Below, in pieces: positions 31,227 through 38,722 of a DNA stretch of 64,000 nucleotides (positions are counted from its first letter, which is position 1; each line of letters opens with the position of its first letter). The stretch comes from Longimicrobiales bacterium (GTDB lineage Bacteria; Gemmatimonadota; Gemmatimonadetes; Longimicrobiales; Gaopeijiaceae): the NCBI GenBank assembly GCA_965219445.1, contig CBDCNQ010000003.1, positions 64,001-128,000 on the forward strand. The letters run 5' to 3'. A model generated the notes under the pieces. That model was not told the DNA's origin. It ran no database searches and saw nothing but the letters and a program-made list of their open reading frames with translations. Made by a program: the position numbers and the translations under genes.

Positions 31227-32570
31227 TCAGATCCCCGGGAGTGCATCGATCTGAAGCGCTCCGGTGCTCGCTCCGATCCTATCCACCGGCAGACCCTGCT
31301 TGTCCATGAGCGTGACAAGAAGATTGGCCATCCCCGGCTCATCGGAATACGTGAGATGTTGACCGCCTCGGAGGGTTCCCGCGCCACCTCCCATCACGAG
31401 GATTGGAAGGTTCTGGCCGGAGTGCCGCGTGCTATTGGAGATCCCCGCGCCATACAGGATGGTCATGTTGTCCAGCAGCGTTCCGTCCCCGTCGGGGGTC
31501 GCCCGAAGCTTGGCCAAATACCGGGAGAAGAGCTCGGTGTGGTAGCGGTTGATTCTCGACATGCGCTCGACCAGCTCCGGCTGGTTGTTGTGATGCGAAA
31601 GCGGATGGTGAGCGTCAGGTACGTCGATCTGCGGGTAGGGCCGCGGGCTCTGCTCTTTGCCGATCATGAACGTGATGACCCGCGTCAAATCGGCCTGGAG
31701 GGCCAGAACCTTCAAGTCCGTCATCAACTCCAGGTGGTCTTCGAACACGTGCGGCGCACCCTCGGGTTGCTCGAAGTTGGGCAGCTCGATATCGATCTGC
31801 TCCTCGGCCCTCTGAATTCGCCGCTCGACATCTCGGATGGCCTCCGTGTATTGCTCCACCTTTATCTGATCCTGTGACCCGAGCTCCCGGCTGAGGGCGC
31901 CTATCTTGTCGGTCACGGAGTCGAGTATGCTTTTCTGCTGCGTCAACCTCTCCTCCCGAGCCCCGCGCTCCGTGGAGCCGGCGTCGCCGAACAGTCGCTC
32001 GAACACGACCCGCGGATTGTACTCCGTCGGCAGGGGCTGCGTGGGGCCGCGCCACGAGAGCGTATGCGTATAGACGCAGCTGAGGTTGCTGCTGCAGGCT
32101 CCCGCGTTCGCCGAGGCGTCCATGGAGAGCTCCAACGAGGCCAGCTGGGTCTCCCGGCCAAATTCTCGCGCCAGGAGCTGATCCATCGAAACGTCGGCGA
32201 AGATTTCAGTCTCGGTGCGCCCGCCCTGAGGAATGCCAGTCAGGAACGATCCGGAAGCACCTGCGTGGATCTGGACCCAGTTCGCTCTGACTCCCGAAAG
32301 AACCAGCATCTGATCCCGAAATGGCTCCAGGGGCTCGAGAATCGGTGTGAGACCGAAATCTCGCCCCTCCCCCTTGGGAGACCAGTACTCCATCGCCATC
32401 CCGTTCGGTACGTAGAACGTCTGGAACCGATGTACACGCTCGGGCACGGCCTGTCCGCGGAGCCCGAAGGCGGGGAACATCGAGTCGAGGAACGGTAGCG
32501 CCAAACTCGCGCCGACGCCCTTTAGAACGGTTCGTCGCGGGAGCGTTTTCCCAGCCAAGATATTCAACAT
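31227..32570 (-). CDS. DUF1552 family protein (Tat-like signal)
   Basis: PRRTVLKGVGASLALPFLDSM, YVPNG, SMDQ, NPRVVFERLFG, HHPLSHH. Confidence 0.92.
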   Translation of the reverse strand: MLNILAGKTLPRRTVLKGVGASLALPFLDSMFPAFGLRGQAVPERVHRFQTFYVPNGMAMEYWSPKGEGRDFGLTPILEPLEPFRDQMLVLSGVRANWVQIHAGASGSFLTGIPQGGRTETEIFADVSMDQLLAREFGRETQLASLELSMDASANAGACSSNLSCVYTHTLSWRGPTQPLPTEYNPRVVFERLFGDAGSTERGAREERLTQQKSILDSVTDKIGALSRELGSQDQIKVEQYTEAIRDVERRIQRAEEQIDIELPNFEQPEGAPHVFEDHLELMTDLKVLALQADLTRVITFMIGKEQSPRPYPQIDVPDAHHPLSHHNNQPELVERMSRINRYHTELFSRYLAKLRATPDGDGTLLDNMTILYGAGISNSTRHSGQNLPILVMGGGAGTLRGGQHLTYSDEPGMANLLVTLMDKQGLPVDRIGASTGALQIDALPGI

Positions 32571-32601
32571 ACGTGCCCTCCAAGTGTGTTCTGTTTCCGC
32601 C

Positions 32602-35163
32602 TCAGATCGCTTCTGCGGACCGGCGCATGAGAAAAGCCGGGCTCTTTGCGATTCCAATTACGATCGATGACCAACGGTAGTCGTTGTCTTCGGCGTCGCG
32701 TACAATCTGCCGCACGGTTGGCATATCGAAGTACTCGAGTGGACGCCCCAGCGCGTATGACATGAGCTTCTCGGTTACCGTGCCGACGAACTGCTCATCA
32801 TAGTCGAGTAGGAGTGCCCTCAGCGACCGCACCCCATTCAGCTCTACACCGCTCGGCCAGGTTCCAGCGTTATCCACCGGACCACCTCTCTCATCGGTGA
32901 CCCGCCACTGTCCCACGGCATCGAACTCCTCTAGGGCGAACCCAAGGGGATCCATAAGCGTATGGCAGCTGGCGCATAAAGGATCGGCTCGGTGCTGTTC
33001 CAGTCGCGCCCGGATGCCAAGAGCCTCCGCGTCCGCACTCTGGTCCAGGCTGGTGTCCACGTTGGCCGGCGGCGGTGGCGGATCCGCGCCCAGGATATTG
33101 TCCAGAAGCCACTTGCCTCTCAACACGGGCGACGTGCGGTCCGGGTACGCGGTTATGGCCATCAGCCCCCCGTGCGCGAGCAGTCCGCCCCGCTGATCGG
33201 GATTCGGAAGCGTGATTCGGCGAGGGCGGCTACCGTATACACCCGGGATCCCGTAGAACCTCGCTAATCGCTCATTTGCGTACGTGTAGTCAGCGCTCAA
33301 CAGCTCCGGAATGGGCCGATCCTCCCTCAGACTGTTGGCGATGAACATTTCGGTCTCCTGTTGGAATGCTTCCAGGAGACTGTCGTCGAAATCGGGATAT
33401 TTGAGGGGATCGGCGAGCTTCTCGGGAAGTAGGCGAAGGTTGAGCCACTGAGCTGCAAACCCGTCGACGAGCGCGTCGACGGCTCGTGGATCCGCCAACA
33501 TCCTTCGAACCTGTTCCTCGAGCACCGCGGGGTCGGTCAAGCGCCCCTCTTCCGCCAACTCGAGCAAGCCCTCGTCGGGGATACTGCTCCACAGGAAGAA
33601 GGACAGCCGGGAGGCAACTGTCACATCGTCGAGAGCATAGACTTCACCGGGCTCGATTCCGGTCGGCGCAGGATAGATACGGAAGATAAACTCAGGATCG
33701 ACCACGAGTCGCTCCAACGCGAGCTGGATCCCGGAGTCGAAGCTCCCCCCCTCCGAGCGACCCTGGCGGAAGAACTGGAGCAGTACCTCCAGGTCCTGGT
33801 CTTTGGTGGGACGGCGATAGGCCCGCCGGGCCATCCGCGAGAGGATCTGCGTGGCACAGGCCTCTTCTTCCGCGCCTGGCTCGGGACGGCACACGAAAAT
33901 TTCGTTCCGGCTGGGGGTGTCCGCGGCAGTGCCGGTGATCGCATAGGGGCCCGCGATCTGAACCGACTCTACGCTGGCCTGGTCCATGTAGATCTGATCG
34001 TTCGTCAGAACCCTCCCTCTCTGACGCGGCTGCGGAAGCAATTCCGGCTCCCACTGCTCTCTGACGAACGAAACGCCGACCACGTGAGGTCCGGCCGAGA
34101 CCGTGAGGCGGACCTCCAGATGGGCGTCTCCGGTCGTCTGCATATATTCTTCCCACTCGGGAGCACCCGCTGAACCCGGCTCCCCCGCGCCGGCGTAGCT
34201 GGCGGGCGCGGGCCTGAACTCGGTGGCTCCCCCGCCCACGGTGAACCTATCGAGGAGAGCTTCGTCGAGCCTGACGTCCAGCTGTTGCTGCCATCCCATG
34301 CCCATCAGGTAGTCTTGGTACTGCCTGCGGAGCAGGATCTTGATCAGGTATTCTCCATCAGCAGGAAAATCGTAGCGAACGGCAATGCCGCCCCGTGACC
34401 CGAAAGGGAGGTTTTCACTTTGACGCTGGTCCTGCACGACGTGGAGCGGGACCCTGAAGGTTTCCACGCCTGGAGCCGTGGGAGGGAGGCCCGTCGCAAG
34501 ACGGGTCACCTGCCGCGCCAGGGACATGTATCGCTCCATATGCGTCGTCGTGATGGAGAGGGCGTCGGCGTAATTGTCGAAGCTGCCGTCCGCCGTCTCG
34601 TCACCCGGAAGAAGCGACCTTACATCCAAGTCGAGCCCGAATAGGTCGTTGATGGCGTTGTTGTACTCCAGGCGGTTGAGACGGTGGATCGGATTGGTCC
34701 TGCCCGGGTGGGGCCCGGCCTCCGAGGCCGCCTTGTCGAGTTCCGTCTCCAGCCAGCTCGCCGCGAAGTCATACTCGGCCTGCTCGGGCCTCCGCACGCC
34801 ACCCGGTGGCATCGTGCCGGTTCGCAGCTTACGGATTACCGCCTCCCAAGTACTGGCCGCCGCGCCGGGGTTTTCGACGTCCACTACGTCGAGCGCCAGT
34901 CCACCGGTGACACGCCTCTCGTTGTGACATCTGACGCAGTACGTGTCCAGGATCTCACGGAGCTCCTCCGGGTCCGCCTGAGCCGGGTTGGACCGAGCCG
35001 GGTTCCATGTAGCCGGAGCGGTGAACGCAAGGTCGGCCGAAGTAGTGTGCGCGCCGATCACTGTCATCGCGCCCCCACCCACGAGAAGGAGCGCGGCCAG
35101 CGAGGCGTGCCCGGCCCTGGAGGATCTACGGGGGGTGGGAAGCATGTTACTCGTCATGATCAC
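32602..35163 (-). CDS. DUF1587/1592/1595/1588/1585 multi-domain diheme cytochrome c protein
   Basis: YCVRCH..MPP, HRLNRLEYNN, ASRLSFFLWSSIPD, RTSPVLRGKW, CASCH..MDPLGFALE; start may be ATG 35157. Confidence 0.92.
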   Translation of the reverse strand: MIMTSNMLPTPRRSSRAGHASLAALLLVGGGAMTVIGAHTTSADLAFTAPATWNPARSNPAQADPEELREILDTYCVRCHNERRVTGGLALDVVDVENPGAAASTWEAVIRKLRTGTMPPGGVRRPEQAEYDFAASWLETELDKAASEAGPHPGRTNPIHRLNRLEYNNAINDLFGLDLDVRSLLPGDETADGSFDNYADALSITTTHMERYMSLARQVTRLATGLPPTAPGVETFRVPLHVVQDQRQSENLPFGSRGGIAVRYDFPADGEYLIKILLRRQYQDYLMGMGWQQQLDVRLDEALLDRFTVGGGATEFRPAPASYAGAGEPGSAGAPEWEEYMQTTGDAHLEVRLTVSAGPHVVGVSFVREQWEPELLPQPRQRGRVLTNDQIYMDQASVESVQIAGPYAITGTAADTPSRNEIFVCRPEPGAEEEACATQILSRMARRAYRRPTKDQDLEVLLQFFRQGRSEGGSFDSGIQLALERLVVDPEFIFRIYPAPTGIEPGEVYALDDVTVASRLSFFLWSSIPDEGLLELAEEGRLTDPAVLEEQVRRMLADPRAVDALVDGFAAQWLNLRLLPEKLADPLKYPDFDDSLLEAFQQETEMFIANSLREDRPIPELLSADYTYANERLARFYGIPGVYGSRPRRITLPNPDQRGGLLAHGGLMAITAYPDRTSPVLRGKWLLDNILGADPPPPPANVDTSLDQSADAEALGIRARLEQHRADPLCASCHTLMDPLGFALEEFDAVGQWRVTDERGGPVDNAGTWPSGVELNGVRSLRALLLDYDEQFVGTVTEKLMSYALGRPLEYFDMPTVRQIVRDAEDNDYRWSSIVIGIAKSPAFLMRRSAEAI

Positions 35164-35407
35164 GAGCGTGTGATTCGATTCGCTTCACTTCTTCGTGGGC
35201 GTGATCCAGCCTCAGCGCTCGATTCCTCGCTCGGATATCACCGGTGGCGCGACTCCGTGTTTGGTCCGAACTCACGGAGGATATCGACATGAGCTTTTCG
35301 ACGTCTTGGCTGCCGCACGAGGGACATTCAGAGACAGGCGATGAATTCAGCACAAGAACCTCGAACTCATCCCTGCAAGCTGAACAACGAAACTCGAAAA
35401 TCGGCAT
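35147..35407 (-). CDS. FmdB-family zinc-ribbon protein
   Basis: MPIFEFRCSAC..FE..CPSCGS..KLMS; GGAGG RBS. Confidence 0.9.
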   Translation of the reverse strand: MPIFEFRCSACRDEFEVLVLNSSPVSECPSCGSQDVEKLMSISSVSSDQTRSRATGDIRARNRALRLDHAHEEVKRIESHARDHDE

Positions 35408-35638
35408 CCTACCTCCAGGTGCCCTCTTTGCCCCAAAATAACGGCCGAGACCCCCATGTTCCAAAAAGTCGGTCCCCGCTCCCGTCCCTGACCGTGCGGA
35501 TCGACGGGAAGATGCGGCCAATCGGGATGCGATATCATACGTCAACCTACGCGGCAAGCAAGTGCAGACGTATGGTCGACTTAAGCCCCCCCGCGCATGT
35601 ACGCGAGCCCCCCCCACGCGTGTACGCGCGCGCGCCCT

Positions 35639-35667
35639 TTGCTCTTTCTACGACGTCGTGATATTCT
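35639..35667 (+). promoter_or_regulatory. Candidate sigma70 promoter for the copper monooxygenase gene
   Basis: TTGCTC-17 nt-TATTCT with extended -10 TG at 35659-60; RBS AGGAGGGAG at 35701. Confidence 0.55.
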
Positions 35668-35716
35668 ACGGGTTGAAGTTGTGGCTCACCTGTAACGGGT
35701 AGGAGGGAGTGGCATC

Positions 35717-37264
35717 ATGAGCAGAAATCGTATGCAGACCAGGCTCGGAGCGTTGCTACGACGGGGTCTCGGGGTGTTGCCGATGTTGGCTGCGGTCGGC
35801 CTTATTTCTCTGGTCCCCGCCTCGGTCTCTGCGTGGGACGCGAGCCCTCAAGTGCCCGACGCGTTCACCCAAACGCGCACCGGGGCCGAATATCCGGTGA
35901 CGGTGACTCTGGTTCCCAATCCGAGGACGGACCTCACGTACGCAAGGGACGTAGCGCCGATCATCCAGCAGAGCTGCGAGAGATGCCATATGCCGGGCAA
36001 TGTGTCCCCGATGGTGCTCCAGACTTACGAGCAGGTGAAGCTATACGCGCCGCTAATCCGCGACCGGGTGATCAGGCGGCAGATGCCGCCCTGGCCCATC
36101 GACAGGACGGTCGGGATCATGGAGTTCAAGAACGACCCGTCCCTGAGTGACGAGGAGATCAGGACGATCGTGGATTGGGTGGATGCGGGCGCGCCGCTCG
36201 GCGATCCGGCGGACCTGCCCGAGCCGATGGTGTGGCCCGATGGAGTAGAGTGGGAGTTCAAGGCGGACCTGGGGCCGCCGGACATGGTGCTCCAGTCGCC
36301 CTTATACAAGGTGGTGGCCAACGGGATGGACCAGTGGCCCACTCCGATCACGCCGCTCGAAGAGGTGCAGATTGAAGGAGAGCCTCTCACCCAGGATCGG
36401 TGGATCAAGGCCGTTGAGGTCCGACCGCACAACGTCGAGGCTCGGTATGTCTTCCACCACGCCAATCCCGGCCTCATCATGCCCGGGGAGATCGTTGATC
36501 CGATGGAACCGGAGTCGGGGAGGGTCAAGTTCATCGATTCAGCGGTCGGGACCACGGGCCGGATCTTTCCCGACAACCAGGGCCGGATGATCCGGCCGGG
36601 ATCGAGCGTTAGTTGGAGCCTGCATTACTTTCCGTACACCCACGACATCGATGCCGCGCTACAAGTCGCTGTCTGGTACTACCCTGTGGGGTATGAGCCG
36701 GAGTTCTACAGCATGGGCGACGTCAATATGCAGACCAGCATGACCTCGTACACCGGTGAATTCAGTCCACGAAGCGGAGCGCGGGACAGTAGCGGTCGGC
36801 TCCACAGTCACTCGGATATTCTCATTCCCCCGAACAGCGTCACCACCCTGAAGGGGGTCCACAAGTTGGACCGGCCCGCCATGATGCACAGCATCCGGGG
36901 GCATATGCACTTGCTCGGGAAGTATCAGATTGTCGAAGCGATCTATCCCGACGGCAGGTGGGAACTCATCAGCAAGCTCAATTGGGATCACAGCTGGCAC
37001 ACGCTGTTCCTGTACGAGGACCACGTGGCGCCGTTGTTCCCCACGGGAACCGTGCTTCTTCTGAGCTCGACGTTCGACAACACGGTCGAAAACCCGCACA
37101 ATCAAGACCCGGATCAGTGGATCACCGGGGGAGACCGGAGCGTCGACGAGATGGGACATATCCGCCTCGGCCTCACATATTTTGAGAGCGAGGAGGACTT
37201 CCAGAGGATGGTCGAGGAACGGGAGCGTACTCTGGCTACGATGCCCACGGTCGATCAGCCGTAG
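35717..37264 (+). CDS. Exported cytochrome c-fused copper monooxygenase (PHM/DBH-like fold)
   Basis: CERCH..MPPW; HH (VFHHAN), LHY, GHMHLLGK, DEM. Confidence 0.82.
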   Translation: MSRNRMQTRLGALLRRGLGVLPMLAAVGLISLVPASVSAWDASPQVPDAFTQTRTGAEYPVTVTLVPNPRTDLTYARDVAPIIQQSCERCHMPGNVSPMVLQTYEQVKLYAPLIRDRVIRRQMPPWPIDRTVGIMEFKNDPSLSDEEIRTIVDWVDAGAPLGDPADLPEPMVWPDGVEWEFKADLGPPDMVLQSPLYKVVANGMDQWPTPITPLEEVQIEGEPLTQDRWIKAVEVRPHNVEARYVFHHANPGLIMPGEIVDPMEPESGRVKFIDSAVGTTGRIFPDNQGRMIRPGSSVSWSLHYFPYTHDIDAALQVAVWYYPVGYEPEFYSMGDVNMQTSMTSYTGEFSPRSGARDSSGRLHSHSDILIPPNSVTTLKGVHKLDRPAMMHSIRGHMHLLGKYQIVEAIYPDGRWELISKLNWDHSWHTLFLYEDHVAPLFPTGTVLLLSSTFDNTVENPHNQDPDQWITGGDRSVDEMGHIRLGLTYFESEEDFQRMVEERERTLATMPTVDQP

Positions 37265-37295
37265 TCGAAGAACCGTAGTAGGTAGTGGTAGGAGA

Positions 37296-37331
37296 GCCCG
37301 GCCTGCGCCCCGCACGGGGCGCAGGCCGGGC
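37296..37331. other. Perfect 17-bp GC-rich inverted repeat in the intercistronic region
   Basis: gcccggcctgcgccccg-ca-cggggcgcaggccgggc; no U-tract. Confidence 0.7.
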
Positions 37332-37396
37332 ACAGCTTGGGGAACGAGGGACCCTCACGCCGAATAGAGTACGCCGAATAAAGGACGAGGCAGCCG

Positions 37397-38329
37397 ATGA
37401 GATCGCGACACTTTTCCCCGACAGGAGTCCTGCTCGCTGGGATGTTTGTGCTTGGCTCGATGTCTCTCGAGGCGCAGCAGTGGGAAGAAAAAATTCCGGG
37501 CAATGCGGGTGAGTGGAACGTACGGATGCTGCGCCCCACGGGGCAGCCCGTGATCCCCATTTTTGACGGCTGGGTTTCCGAGGACGACGGCTCGGCAACC
37601 CTGTGCCTCGGATACTTCAACATGAATTTCGACGAAGCCCTGGAAATTCCGCTCGGGCCGAACAACTACATCGAGCCCGCCCGCTTCAACGGAATTCAAC
37701 CGACGTATTTCAATCCCGTGCCGATGCGTGCCGGCAACAAGCAGCGACACTATTGTGTCATGACCGTGAACGTGTTCCAGGGGGACGCTGAGCCCATCGT
37801 CTGGCACCTTGGACGTGACTATAAGGACTACTCGGTTCCCGCCCACTCGGGAGCGCAGCATTTCCGCGTCAACGACATTTTCTTCCCCACGGATCGAGCT
37901 GATCGGGGAGGATCCATGGCACCGCTCGTCCGGTTCGTCGAGCCGGCGGGGCCGGAGGGAATAGGCAAGGGCCTTCTTGGCGGGAAAAGGGTCGGGCCTG
38001 TCAACGCTACGGTCGGCGAGCCGCTGCCCCTCACCCTGGCCGTGAGCCAGCCGAGCCCAGAGGACTACCCCGAGGTCGCGCCCTACACGGGTGAGCCAAA
38101 GAGCTTCGAGGTAACTTGGCAGAAGTACTCTGGACCTCCTGACATCCTTGGAATCGTGACCTTCAGCGAGAACGTGTTCGAGGTCGGGCCGGGGGAAGGG
38201 ATCGCCGAGACGACCGCTCTGTTCCGGGAACCCGGCGACTACGTGCTACTTGTGCAGGTTCTCGGCGGCGGATACGACAACCAGTGTTGCTGGACGAACG
38301 GTTATGTGGAGGTGACGGTCTCCCCGTAG
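37397..38329 (+). CDS. Exported hypothetical protein with C-terminal Ig/PKD-like domain and CCWTN motif
   Basis: Signal peptide; GQPVIPIFDGW..CLGYFNMN..IPLGPNNYIEP; WQKYSGP..VTFS..FREPGDYVL..CCWTNGY. Confidence 0.82.
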   Translation: MRSRHFSPTGVLLAGMFVLGSMSLEAQQWEEKIPGNAGEWNVRMLRPTGQPVIPIFDGWVSEDDGSATLCLGYFNMNFDEALEIPLGPNNYIEPARFNGIQPTYFNPVPMRAGNKQRHYCVMTVNVFQGDAEPIVWHLGRDYKDYSVPAHSGAQHFRVNDIFFPTDRADRGGSMAPLVRFVEPAGPEGIGKGLLGGKRVGPVNATVGEPLPLTLAVSQPSPEDYPEVAPYTGEPKSFEVTWQKYSGPPDILGIVTFSENVFEVGPGEGIAETTALFREPGDYVLLVQVLGGGYDNQCCWTNGYVEVTVSP

Positions 38330-38385
38330 CGCGAAGTCGTTCTTACTCGGTCGCGGCCCTCAACCCCCGGCGCGCTTCCGTCGGC

Positions 38386-38502
38386 TCACATCCCAGAGAC
38401 CGGCACCATTCCCGTCATAGTGAACTTCTGGGCTCGAGCGCCCACGTTGACTTCCGCCGTGTACAGGTTGCCGTCCGGATCAGCGACCATGTCATGTAGG
38501 AT
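38386..38502 (-). pseudogene. 3'-end remnant of an NHL-repeat gene
   Basis: LHDMVADPDGNLYTAEVNVGARAQKF resembles the last blade of 43744-45240; upstream sequence is unrelated. Confidence 0.7.
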
Positions 38503-38722
38503 GTGAGGGCAACGTGTACATGATCCACGACCGTGGCGAAGGCCAAGCTGGGCTGGACACTCGTTTCTCCCTTGACGCTCTCTTGGCACGGCTCCTATTC
38601 TGTTGGACCGCGTCCGGGAGATGATCGAAGTCGTGATCGCAATGGCTTCTCTACGTGAAGTGGTGAGGACGATTTTGTGAGGATGAGGAACATTTTTTGA
38701 GGGTATAGTCCCTTCTGATCTC

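Noticed and set aside
38594..38626. PILLDRVREMI resembles an integron-integrase N-terminus
   Set aside because: Only about 9 residues match, with no catalytic domain and no attC sites that I could identify.
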